A DNA stretch of 34,342 bases from Octopus sinensis (lineage: Eukaryota): contig NW_021831976.1 of NCBI RefSeq assembly GCF_006345805.1, forward strand, positions 1 to 34,342, given 5' to 3'. How positions within the stretch are numbered: position 1 is the stretch's first letter; each line of letters begins with the position of its first letter. A model generated the notes under the pieces. It had not been told where the DNA came from. It was given only the letters and a program-made list of their open reading frames with translations, and ran no database searches. This document shows, piece after piece, positions 11,150 to 22,583 of the stretch. The translations under genes were made by a program, and so were the position numbers.

Positions 11150-12830
11150 TCCATTGAAATCCGTGCAAGTAGAGTCAGTAGATCCTGTTGTTCGTCTATC
11201 GACACGTGTCTATAGATACAACAACGATAGCAAATGTGTCAACAACAGCAACAATACCAACCAAAACAATGGCAACAACAACAACTGCAACAGTAGCAGA
11301 AGATGCAGCAGCAACAACAACAGTTTCGCAGCGGCAGCAGCCAAAATCAAATCAGCCTAGTCCTCACAAACACAGATGAAAAGTTGGTCCAAGCATGGAA
11401 GCTCATAAATACACAAGCAAACCTGGGCCAACTTAACTGTCCCGGTGGATACCATCGAAGAAGTGGGGAGATGAACGGTGCAAAAGTGCCACATTGTTTC
11501 GTTTGTGGAGAAACAACCCCCATTTGTGAATTTTCTGCCCTCAACTGATAAAAGGTGCAATGGATCGAAGGTCTCCACTGCTTCCTACGCTGAGAGAGGA
11601 CCACAACCAACAAAACACCACCAAAGACATTGACCACCCTAGGGGGAAACGAGGAAAGCTCTCCGACTCCCCCCAAAATACACGCATGAACTAAAAGAAT
11701 AAACATACACATAGACACAGAACCCCTTATCTTCCAGTAGTGAAGATGAAAAAATACCAAACGGCTCCCCCCCCCGCAAAAAATACAATAAAAACAAAGC
11801 AAAAGAAAAACTCTACAAAACATAACACCCACAATAAAAAATACAGACACCATCCACGTAAACATCACCTGAATAACACCAACGACAACACAACCAACAT
11901 CATCACCAAATCCGCCAAACGCAAACAACCTAAAAAGACGCAAGAACAGACACTCCGACAAATATCTGAAACTGCAGATACCACACTCACAGCAAACACA
12001 CACACAACCGAAACAACACCAACAAACCCATCACCATCACAGACCAGCAAACAAATAAAACTGTACCAGCAAAAAAAACGCTCAACTTCGTACTTAACAG
12101 AAGGACCAGTCTGTTCCGAAAGACTTTCGAGCCGGAGACGATGGACAACTTCCAGAAATCCCTCGCTTAGCTGTGTTATCAGGGTGAAACTGCCCGCTGG
12201 AGATAAATTCTATAGGCACCGAAATGCTGTCAAACGGATCTGCTCGAGATGCGCAAGGAGCGACGAAACCGTTCGGCACGCACTCGTCCAGCGTCTGTCC
12301 ATGCATTACTGGCTTGTGGAGTTATGTCGAACAGCTGTTGTCGCGTGTAGGACGGATCCGGCTATCAGCCGATTTCATAATGAAGATCGACCTGCCGCTT
12401 TCCTTTTGCCAGGTAGGGCAGGCAATTTTCCTCTGTTTGGTAGCAGTAGGGAAAAATGGACCCGGTTGAAAAGACTGAAGACACACACTTTTCTCTTCGG
12501 CCAGTCTCTCATCAACTTTTTCAGATTTCACTTGGAAAGCAAGATGATGGTGTAGAGGTAAGTGAAGCTCCCCAGTACATTTGCTGAAAGGTGGGTGAAT
12601 GTAGAGAAAATGGCCCCTGTGAGTGGACCTACTCTAATAATGCGCCTTTAGGCTGGTAAATTTGAGAGGGAAAAGGGTACCTTTCCTGAGTACCCTCGAA
12701 GCGTCGGGTGGTTCAGGATTGGTGAGTATCTGAGCCAACCCTGGGTGCTTAGCCTCCACTATTGAGGAATTTTCAACGTTATATTTTTCTTGTTTAATGT
12801 GTATTGTTATTGTGCACAAAGGGGAAACAC
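11150..12830 (+). mobile_element. Tx1/L1-clade LINE derivative: ORF1 remnant joined to ORF2 C-terminal zf-RVT and 3' UTR
   Basis: Gag-like knuckle C-F-V-C-G-E-T-T-H-L-*-I-F-C (11495-11538, after removing 2 nt from a C run) and a T/K-rich linker. Then LPAGDKFYRH...ICSRCARSDETVRHAL (zf-RVT-like) and FAERW near the end. Confidence 0.7.
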
Positions 12831-12941
12831 ACTCACACACATACACACACACATACACAGTTATACTAATGTTTGTTTTTACAAACAATTTTACATTAAC
12901 CTAATGTGTTACTCTATACTTTTGTAGAGAACAAATTTATT

Positions 12942-13053
12942 ATTCTTAAGCAAAAATATTGTTGACAGTGACTTCGAAGTTCTGAGAATCTGACGATGCA
13001 CTTAAGTGGCCAACACTTCGAAGTCGCTGTCAACTATATTCTTGTTTAAGAAT
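12942..13053. repeat. 39-bp inverted repeat with 34-nt spacer
   Basis: 12942-12980 versus the reverse complement of 13015-13053: 35/39 identical. Confidence 0.9.
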
Positions 13054-13066
13054 AATATATATATGA

Positions 13067-13139
<73 letters not shown>

Positions 13140-13191
13140 TATTTGTATGTTTGTGTGCGTGTATATATATATATATATATACAAAAAAAAT

Positions 13192-13590
13192 TATAATTAC
13201 ATGCATAATTATAACAAGGGATTGGCTCTATGACCCACCACGCACTGTAAAAATAGACGCCAAAAGACACTATTACCACCTTAAATCTCCGAGAATAACA
13301 CCACATTTTAGGCTTGCAAATAAAAGAAAATGAATCTAAAATTTTGGTTAACAAAGATCCTGTTTCAAGCTTAAAGTCAAAATTATCCTTTTTCTTTTTG
13401 TTTTAAGCTTGAAAAAGGATCTTGTACGCGGTTGCCTAAAGTTTTTATCTTTTGCTAGCCTGAAAGGTAGTGTGTTATTTTTCGAGATTTTAAGATGGTA
13501 ATAGTGTCTTTTGGTGTCTATTATTACAGTGCGTCGTGAGGCATAGAGCCAATCCCTTGCAATAATTATGTATATATAATTATGTATATA
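13192..13590. mobile_element. Foldback/MITE-like element with ~125-bp imperfect arms
   Basis: Arms at about 13204-13325 and 13447-13570. ORFs 13151(+) and 13348(-) give homologous peptides. An inner inverted pair lies at 13356-13375 and 13401-13421. Confidence 0.75.
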
Positions 13591-13698
13591 ATTTGTAAAA
13601 TTTACCCATGAGGTTTTTATTTCCCCGCAGACCACCTGGTAAAACCATTAATGATGTTTACCCTTTATTAGAATATATATATATATAATATATATATA

Positions 13699-13746
<48 letters not shown>

Positions 13747-14045
13747 GCATCTATGTATATGTGTATCTACCTATACATATATATACATACATACTCATAA
13801 ATATATATGCATATATATACTGCACTTAGATATATTCACAAGCTCATACACACACATGCGTATCAATATATCTATCTATCTATCTATCTATCTATATATA
13901 TATATATATCTATATATATATATATTATATATATATATATAATATATATACATAGATAGATACGCACGTGTGTGATTTTGTCTGTATGTATATATGATGT
14001 ATACACGAATATATCTATGTATATGCATGTATATTTGTGTGTGTC

Positions 14046-14121
<76 letters not shown>

Positions 14122-14417
14122 GTATATGCGTGCGTGTGTGTGTGTTATTTGATTTATGTCGTACACTAATTGCCAATTGTACAGAGTCTGGTGATTTATT
14201 CCTGTTTCATATCTAGCAGTTGTAAGCTTGCAATAGACTGACTGGTCGAAGTTGTGTGGTTCTGACTGCACATCCAAGTTGAATTAGACCAGACTACATA
14301 GAAATTTCAATTACTCGCTTGTCATACTCATATGTTCTCTGTAGGAGTTATAACTTCAAAATTACTTTAAAGCAATGCTAAACCCCTACGTCATATATAT
14401 GCATATGTATATACATA

Positions 14418-14520
<103 letters not shown>

Positions 14521-14622
14521 CATGCTTACATATATATGTGTGCATGTATACGTATGCGTGCATGAGATAAACGTTTGTCTAATGGTATGTGTGTACATAG
14601 ATACATGCACACACAAACACAC

Positions 14623-14692
<70 letters not shown>

Positions 14693-15063
14693 CATATATG
14701 CACGTATGTATGTATGTATACGTACACAGACATTCACATACACAATGTATAGAATGTGCGTAAATGGGTTTGAATGCAAATGTGTAAGCATACATATGTG
14801 TTTGTGTGTGTACATGTATGTATGTTTATGCGTATAGATGTGTATATATACGTATATGTGTGTGTTTCTGTGTTCAGGTTTCGGAGGAGAGCAGCCATGT
14901 TGGAACATCCCCTTTGAGTGTGTTGAGTACGTTGATTGATTCTATCGATTAATACTCTGTTTAGTATTCATTTTCCGATCTATATTTTCTGAATAGATAG
15001 CTGCAGCGTGGCATAAAATGACGTAAACACATGTAGAACTTGTGTGTAACCTTAGGATATTAG

Positions 15064-15166
15064 AGCACTCCGTCGGTTGCGACGACGAGGGTCCCAGCGG
15101 ATACGATCAACGGAACAGCTTGCTCGTGAAATTAACATGCAAGTGGCTGACCACTCCACAAACACA
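15064..15166 (-). mobile_element. 3' end fragment of SINE type B
   Basis: gcactccgtcggttgcgacgacgaggg...gctcgtgaaattaac matches 23718-23815. Confidence 0.8.
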
Positions 15167-15484
15167 AGCTAAAATTCATCTACATAGATGAATTTTAGCT
15201 TGCGTGCGAGACGGTTTGCGTGAATATATGTACACATGCTTTTATGTGTATATTTAGATTCATATTCATACGTCTGTATATGTATGTATGGCGTTTACGC
15301 GCATCCTTTTGTGTATGTTGATATATATATGTAGATTTTAATATAAATATGTATTGCAGTATTTATAACAGGTTTAATTTCTATGCATTAATTTGCACTG
15401 TCTTCATTAACGGCAATAGGTTTTTTCCTCGGTTTTTTCCTCGGATTTTATAATTTTTATAAGTTTTTATATATATATATACAT

Positions 15485-15690
15485 ATATTTTTGACCTTTT
15501 GTTTATCGCTCGAAGATTGACCGTTTTTTCTAAAGGGCCAATCAACAAGTCCATTTCTTTTTAAAGGTGTAGCGTTTGTAAGAGTATAGATTGAATTAAT
15601 ATATAAGTTCCATTCTAGCAAAAACTGTCTGATGAACGGCAACGAGAAACTCAGAGTAACAGATTTTGTTGAATTTTCTGCTGCTTAAAA
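15485..15690 (+). mobile_element. Probable Penelope-like element terminal-repeat fragment containing an HHR motif
   Basis: Non-coding segment with an HHR core followed by AATAAA and (TA)n. The PLE assignment is inferred from the known association of PLE terminal repeats with HHRs. Confidence 0.45.
15625..15662 (+). ncRNA. Minimal type I hammerhead ribozyme motif
   Basis: CTGT-CTGATGA-A.CG.GCAA.CG.A-GAAA-CTCAGA-GTA-ACAG. Stem I is CTGT/ACAG, stem III is the near-palindrome ACTCAGAGT, and the cleavage triplet is GUA. Confidence 0.7.
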
Positions 15691-15793
15691 TAAAGTATAT
15701 ATATATATATTATATATATATATATATATTTATATACATATATATATATATTTATATATAAACATTGGCTGATTGTTTCTCTGAATTTTGGTC

Positions 15794-15867
15794 AAATTGA
15801 TGCGGCCACCTCTGAAGAGGAAGAATCCAGTAAGGTCCGAAAATCGATTAAGGCTGGTCATCAATTT
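15794..15867 (+). ncRNA. Type I hammerhead ribozyme motif with extended stem I
   Basis: CTGAAGA at 15812-15818, stem II GGA/TCC, GAAA, palindromic stem III AATCGATT, triplet UUA. Stem I is CCT/AGG + GCCA/TGGT + AAATTGATG/CATCAATTT. Confidence 0.75.
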
Positions 15868-15979
15868 TCATAATCAACGGGGAAATAATTAAATTTGCAA
15901 ATTTGCCTTCTTTTTGTCTCTACTACATAGGTTTACATACATATGCGCGCGCACACCTACGTACATACATATGTATGTA

Positions 15980-16490
15980 CCGTAAATCCTCGAGTATAGT
16001 TCGTCCTTGAGTATAATACGCAGGGGATTTTTAGGGGGCTGTACCTCTGAAAAACCTAAACCTTGTGTATAATACGCACCCCTTCTCTAACTTGAGTGAA
16101 GGAGGTCTATATAACGTCCTTGGTTTGTAAAACTGTATACGGTAACGTCCCTTATTATTATTGCATATATAACATAATGCAAACGTGTAGCCTTTTTGTG
16201 CATTTTGTTTGCAGAAAATAAAGAAATAACAGTAATAACGTTAAATAAATGTTGCTTACTGCAAGTTATGGATGATTCTTTTATGACTTCATTACTTTCA
16301 GTTTTAGATTAAGGTATTTTCGTGCCCGACATCACAAAATGCGTCTGAAGAAACATTGCCAGACAGCAAATAGAGACTCGGACATTGCTTAGAAAATAAT
16401 TTTCATTTTTAACCTCGTATATAGTACGCACTAGGGATTTTAACCTATAAATTTGGGGAAAAAATGCGGATTATACAAGAGGATTTACGG
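15980..16490. mobile_element. Non-autonomous Tc1/mariner-pogo-type MITE
   Basis: Perfect 12-bp TIR CCGTAAATCCTC, imperfect to ~24 bp, flanked by TA on both sides. Internal GTATAATACGCA repeats. Confidence 0.88.
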
Positions 16491-16896
16491 TAGTTTCTGA
16501 TATTCTTTCCTCATCTTTTCTCACAATTATCTCTTCGGCCTTAGTTTTGTATTTGTTGTCTTCCTTGAAGGCAAAAAATGGTTCTGATTTATTTTAATCA
16601 TATTTATAGAGCAATTATTACTGAGTTTGACGTCATTCTTTGCGAGATACTTTTGCAGGCCTGTAAAAGATATTTTCTAATAGCATTCTTGTTACATAAG
16701 TGGTAAATATATTTTGAAGTATATATAATCTCTGTCTTTTATGGATTTTGGGGTGGAGCACAATGCTCCCAATCTTACACTCGTTATACTCTTTCTAATT
16801 CACTTAACAACCACTTGAGAATGTTATTATAACAGTAACTTTATTGTTATCATTGCCATTATTATTATTATAATTATTATTATTATTATTCTTTTA

Positions 16897-17290
16897 CTCG
16901 CGGTCGTAAGAACGCAGTTTCGATTCCCAGGCCGGGCATTGTGGTGAACCCCGCTGTACTCTTTCACCACAACTTTCTCTCAATCTTTCTTCCTACTTCT
17001 GCCACAAAGCAGAGGAACCATGGTGTAACCCACTATGGTGTGGTAAACTTTCAGACCCTAGTCTAGATTGCGAATCCTCTGTACCCCAGGATGGTTCAGC
17101 TCTCCACCCGTTAAAGGCCACCATTTACGGAATGAGGATAACAACGTAGCTTTCGCGCCCGTGCAACCGCCAGTCTATCAGGTGTGGTGGGTGGATCTTC
17201 AAGTTGGCACACGCATTCTTAGTAGCTTAGAGCAGGCTCGAATTAGAGATTATTCTTTGTGGCTAATGGTGTGAGTCCTGCTTGGAAGAA
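16897..17290 (+). mobile_element. SINE type B head with an alternative 3' module
   Basis: ctcgcggtcgtaag...tttcgattcccag...gctgtactctttcaccacaactttctctc is shared with type B. The sequence after it is unrelated and ends before a GAA/GGA tract. Confidence 0.6.
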
Positions 17291-17346
17291 GAAGGAGGAG
17301 GAGGAAGAGGAGGAGGAAGGGGAGGAGAAGCCGACATTTAGAACAT

Positions 17347-17518
17347 ATAGGCACAGGCGTGTGTAGTAAGAAGCTTGCTTCTCAACAATCGGGTTCCATG
17401 TTCAGTCCCACATCATGGCACCTTTGGCATATACAATCTACTACTGCCTAGAGCCGACCAAAGCCTTGTGAATGGATTTGGTGGAGGGAAACTGAAAGAG
17501 GCCCGTCGTGTAAATGTG

Positions 17519-17597
<79 letters not shown>

Positions 17598-17820
17598 ATG
17601 TGGGTGTATGTGTGTGCTTGTCACCACCACCGCTTGACAAACGGTGTTGGTGTGTTTACAACTCCGTAATTCAGCGGTTCGGCAATAGAGACCGATAGAA
17701 GAAACATCAGACACTTAAAAATAAATAAGTACAAAAAATAAGTTTCGTTCGACTAAAATTCTTCAAGGCGATGTTCCTGTATGGCCGCTGTTTGAAACAA
17801 GAAAAAATATAAGTAAAAGA
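17347..17820 (+). mobile_element. SINE type A with expanded internal (TG)n
   Basis: Collinear with the copies at 3573 and 20290. Confidence 0.85.
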
Positions 17821-18191
17821 CACCAGCTTCAACGGGTGTATCTGGTGGACGTGGGGCGTTTTTCCATTTTACCCTGCTCATAAGTTGCTAAACGAGTCTC
17901 CATTACGATGAATGATGAGCGCACAAAGCTGCAAGGGTGCTCACCCTCGACCTAGCCAGCGGTTTTTCAACTGTGTGTGGACGGGAACTGTAAACGGTTT
18001 CCGTTTTTTAATATCTATTTAAATCATGTCTTGTACTAATTATTGTACTTTTATGTAATAGCTTATTCAATGCAAATACTGCAAGTTTTAAAGAGCTTGT
18101 TATTCAAAACCGGTTCTGTTTTGTTTTTTTTTTAATTGCGTAAAGTATTTCAGTCTTCGTCTTTTTATTTTACATTATTTTACATCGTTCA

Positions 18192-18843
18192 GGCGGCGAG
18201 CTGGCAGATACGTTAGCACACCGGGCGAAATGTGTAGCCGTATTTCGTCTGCCGCTACGTTCTGAGTTCAAATTCCGCCGAGGTCGACTTTGCTTTTCAT
18301 CCTTTCGGGGTCGATTAAATAAGTACCAGTTACGCACTGGGGTCGATGTAATCGACTTAATCCGTTTGTCTGTCCTTGTTTGTCCTCTCTGTGTTTAGCA
18401 CCTTGTGGGTAGTAAAGAAATAGGTATTTCGTCTGCCGCTACGAAACAAAAGGCGTTAAGCTGGCAGAAAGGTTAGCACGCCGGGCGAAATGCGTAGCCG
18501 TATTTCGTCTGCTGCTACGTTCTGAGTTCAAATTCCGCCGAGGTCGACTTTGCCTTTTATCCTTTCGGGGTCGATTAAATAAGTACCAGTTACACACTGG
18601 GGTCGATGTAATCGACTTAATCCGTTTGTCGGTCCTCTCTGTGTTTAGCCCCTTGTGGGTAGTAAAGAAATAGGTATTTCGTCTGCCGCTACGTTCTGAG
18701 TTCAAATTCAGCTGAGGTCCACTTTGCCTTTCATCCTTTTGGGGTCGATGAATTAAGTACCAGTTGCGTACTGGGGTCGATATAATCGACTGGCCCCCTC
18801 CCCCAAAATTTCGGGCCTTGTACCTAGAGTAGGAAAGATTATT
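18192..18843 (+). mobile_element. Three tandem or partial copies of SINE type C (Deu/Nin-like core)
   Basis: Repeated ctacgttctgagttcaaattccgccgaggtcgactttgcctttcatcctttcggggtcgattaaataagtaccag with B-box-like GTTCAAATTCC. The core resembles the Deu/Nin SINE domain as recalled; not verified. Confidence 0.8.
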
Positions 18844-18973
18844 ATTATACGTACATGGGCCAAAGCCAAATACCATCTTGGTCCTGGCACGAGTAAGTTC
18901 ACCAAATAATTGCAGTATGAAAAGGGTTCGAACGTCTGTTCATACAGCATTGTCCGTCGCGCAGGTTAACAAG

Positions 18974-19064
18974 GAATGCGTTCGGATTTTTGCGAGAGAA
19001 TGCGTTCGGATTTTTGCGAGAGAATGCGTTCGGATTTTAGCGAGAGAATGCGTTCGGATTTTAG
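18974..19064 (+). repeat. 24-bp minisatellite, ~3.8 copies
   Basis: GAATGCGTTCGGATTTT(T/A)GCGAGA starts at 18974, 18998, 19022 and 19046. Confidence 0.95.
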
Positions 19065-19734
19065 GTCCGTTAAAAAAAATATATATTGCCGCCTCCATCC
19101 AGTGCCGCCTATGCAACCTGCAATACGCCTGCAACTTATACTGGGATAGGTAGGGTGGGAGCACAAAGGATGCGTGTCCCAGAACCCTAAGCGGGTCCAG
19201 GAGGAAACAGCTGTTAACAATTATTAAAATATTTCGTTTAAGAACGAGAAAAAGATGTAAAAATTTTTTTCAAAAACAGAACGACAAAATCGGTTGTGAT
19301 TAGATAAAATGAGAGTGTAAGAAAAAGAGATGGGAAATACATAAGAAAGCAGTAATGCGTTTGATATCTAGCACGTAAGTGTGACGTCAGACAGACCACC
19401 ATCACCGATCTGATGGAAAACCCCGTACAACAACAACTCTTCGTTTCACCGCCATCATTAGTAACGCTAGTAAGTACTTCCATAATCTCTCTCTATCTCT
19501 GTCTCTCGCTTTCTTTCCATTTCTCTCTCAGTACTGGCATCGACTGTTACAGTAGCAGAAGCGGGCAGAGATTCAAAAACAGTCTTGCTTTTAGAAACAC
19601 ACGTAAAACCTATCGCTGTTATGAACAGCAATGCCAATAGTATTGACGACTGGGTTTGGTGTGTGTATGTTAGTGTATGTGTATGTTTGAGTGTGTGCGT
19701 GCTTGTGTGTGTGTGTGTGTGTGTGAGCAGGTAG

Positions 19735-20275
19735 AACGAATCGTTAGTGCGTTCGACAAAATGCGTAGCAGCACCATTGCCTCTTTACGTTCTGAGTTCA
19801 AATCGCGCCGAGGTCGACTTTGCCTTTTATGTTTTCGGGTACATTAAAATAAATACCATCTGAGCACTGGGGTCGATGTAACCGATTTACCTCCTCCCTG
19901 AAAATTTCAGGTCGTTTGCCCATAATAGAAAGAAGGCGGCGAGCTGGCAGAATCGTTAGCACGCTGGATGAAATGCTTAGTGGTATTTTAGTCTGTCGTT
20001 ACGTTCTGAGTTCAAATTCCGCCGAGGTCGACTTTGCTTTCATCGTTTCGGGGTCGATAAATTAGGTACCAGTGATAAATTGGAGTCGATGTAATCGACT
20101 AGTTCCCTCCCAACACATTTGAGGCCTTTTGTTTCCAGTATAAAGGTTTATTTAGGCTCTTTACGTTCTGAGTTCAAATCCTGCTGAGGTTGACTTTGCC
20201 TTTCATAATTTGGAGTTGATAGCATAGTTTCCGTCGAACTCTGTGGTCTACGTAATCGATATACCCTCCCCTTTA
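19735..20275 (+). mobile_element. Three further SINE type C copies
   Basis: Same acgttctgagttcaaat...gaggtcgactttgc core at about 19790, 20002 and 20163. Confidence 0.8.
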
Positions 20276-20289
20276 AAACTAGCAACCGT

Positions 20290-20455
20290 GAGCCAGCTTG
20301 TTAACCAATCACATGGTTCCTGGTTCAGTCCCACTGCGTGGCATCTTAGTCAAGTGTCTTCTACTATAGCCTCGGGCCGACCAAAGCCTTGTGAGTGGAT
20401 TTGGTAGACGGAAACTGAAAGAAACCCGTCGTATATATGTATGTATATATATATG

Positions 20456-20492
<37 letters not shown>

Positions 20493-20705
20493 TTGTGTGT
20501 CTGTGTTTGTCCTCCTAGCATTGCTTGACAACCGATGCTGGTGTGTTTACGTTGCCGTCACTTAGCGGTTCGGCAAAAGAGACCGATAGAATAAGTACTG
20601 CGCTTACAAAGAATAAATCCCGGGGTCGATTTGCTCGACTAAAAGGCGGTGCTCCTGCATGACCGCAGTCAAATGACTGAAACAAGTATAAGAGTAAAAG
20701 AGTAA
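20290..20705 (+). mobile_element. SINE type A, near full length
   Basis: ccaatcacatggttcctggttcagtcccactgcgtggc...ggcggtgctcctgcatgaccgcagtcaaatgactgaaacaag. Confidence 0.88.
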
Positions 20706-20723
20706 TCACTATTTGAGCAGTGA

Positions 20724-20900
20724 AGGGCGGTGAGCTGGCAGAATCGTTTGTAGGTGAGATAAAATGCTTTATATTCAGCCGAGGTCAACTTTGCCTTTTA
20801 TTATTTCGGGGTCGATTAATTAAGCGCCATTTGATTATTGAGATCGAAGTAATCGACTAGCCCATTCCCCAAAATTTCAGGCCTTGTACCTATTGTGAGA
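20724..20900 (+). mobile_element. SINE type C, internally deleted
   Basis: gggcggtgagctggcagaatcgtt...gccgaggtcaactttgcctttt...ggggtcgattaattaag. Confidence 0.7.
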
Positions 20901-20917
20901 AGTGTTACTTGAGCAAC

Positions 20918-21195
20918 GTGGAAGCGCAAAGGCCAACTGGTTAGGGCAGCGGACTCGCGGTCGGAGGATAGCGGTTTCGATTCGCAGACACCTAAAGCTC
21001 CATAGGCTCCGGCAGGTGGTAGTGGCGAACACTGCTGTACTCTTTCACCACAACTTTTTCTCACTCTTTCTTCCGGTTTCTGTTGTACCTATAATTCAAA
21101 GGGTCAGCCTTGTCACACTCTGTGTCACGCTGAATCTCGTTAAGGGTAGACGTGTCTGTGGAGTGCTCAGCCACTTGCACTTTACTTTCAGGAAC
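20918..21195 (+). mobile_element. SINE type B, deleted copy
   Basis: tRNA-like head ctggttagggcagcggactcgcggtcgg...tttcgattc; body matches the 23713-24095 copy. Confidence 0.8.
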
Positions 21196-21196
21196 T

Positions 21197-21700
21197 GTAT
21201 TTCGTCTGTCTTTACCATCTGAGTTCAAATTCCACCGAGGTCGACTTTGCCTTTCATCTTTTCAGTGTCGATAAATTAAGTAGCAGTTACGATTGGGGTC
21301 GATGTAATCGACTTAATCCCTTTGTCTGTCCTTGTTTGCCCCCTCTATGTTTAGCCCCTTGTGGGTAATAAAGAAATAAGAATCGTTAGCGTGCTGGACG
21401 AAATGTTTGTGGTTTTTCACTCGTCGCTACGTTCTGAGTTCAAATTCCGCCGAGGTCGACTTTGCCTTTCATTCTTTGGGGGTCGATTAAATAAGTACCA
21501 ATCGAACATTATCCGCAAATTTCAGGACTTGTGCCTATAGTAGGAAGGATTTCGTCCAACTTCAAGTTGAGTTCAAATTCTGCCGAGGTCGTCATTTCTT
21601 ATCATCTCTTCAGGGTTGATAAAATAAGTACTCGTGGAATATAATCGACGAATTCCTTCCCACGTAAAGTGCTGGCCTTGTGTCGAAATTTGAAACCGAT
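21197..21700 (+). mobile_element. Three more SINE type C copies or fragments
   Basis: Core repeated at about 21220, 21430 and 21570. Confidence 0.75.
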
Positions 21701-22048
21701 TATTTGTCTGACACTTCTGCGATGCACTTTCGTAATTGCTTTTGTTTCATTGGGATAAGGTTTATCTTCCCATCATCTTCATCAAGTGGCACTTGAAATA
21801 AAGGACCTGCGTGAAAGGAACGGTTGGTGGGAGTGGCAAAAGGGTTTCGGTAAGGACGTTGATGCTTCATATTCACTGGGGACGGGGCGCAGGGAACAGG
21901 TGCCCGCAGCAGGTGGTGGTGAAGGGGTTTGGGTGTCTTCTACACTCCATAAGTTCATATCACCCAATTTGAAAGAATTAATATCTTCACCATGTTTTTA
22001 TGTAATTCTCTATTTTGTGTTCTTTCTTTTCTCTCTTTCTCTCACACA

Positions 22049-22118
<70 letters not shown>

Positions 22119-22159
22119 ATTTATCCCTCGCTATAATATTGTGTGTGTGTGTACATAAT

Positions 22160-22515
22160 GTGGAGGCGCAATGACCCAGTGGTAAGGGCAGCGTACTCGC
22201 GGTCGTAGGAATGCAGTTTCGATTCCCAGTCCATGCGTTGTGAGTGTTTATTGAGCGAAAACACCTATAGCTCTATGAGGACCCGGCAGCGAGTGGTGGC
22301 GAACCCTACTGTACTCTTTCACCACAACCTCCTCTCATTTTTTGTTTCTGTTGTACCTGTATTTCAAAGGGCCAGCCTTGTCACCTTATGTGTCATGCTG
22401 ATTCTACCTGAGAACTACATAAAGGGTACACATGTCTGTGGAGTGCTCAGCCACTTAATTTTACGAGCAGGCTGTTCCGCTGACCGGATCAACTGGTACC
22501 CTCGACGGAGTGCCA
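22160..22515 (+). mobile_element. SINE type B, near full length
   Basis: gtggaggcgcaatgacccagtggtaagggcagcg...gacggagtgcc. Confidence 0.85.
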
Positions 22516-22517
22516 CG

Positions 22518-22583
<66 letters not shown>

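Noticed and set aside
18974-19064. CRISPR-like or peptide-repeat interpretation of the 24-bp array
   Set aside because: Repeats are contiguous with no spacers, there are no cas genes, the context is eukaryotic and the ORFs are unsupported.
19204-19215. GAAACAGCTGTT, HHR stem III-like
   Set aside because: No upstream CUGANGA core.
19381-19531. TGACGTCA motif plus a 62-nt GT-AG intron-like stretch (19470-19531)
   Set aside because: Splicing gives a stop after 7 more codons. Such motifs arise by chance next to CT microsatellites and there is no transcript evidence.
21786-21980. GC-richer unique stretch with an ORF
   Set aside because: No recognisable domain or convincing splice pair.
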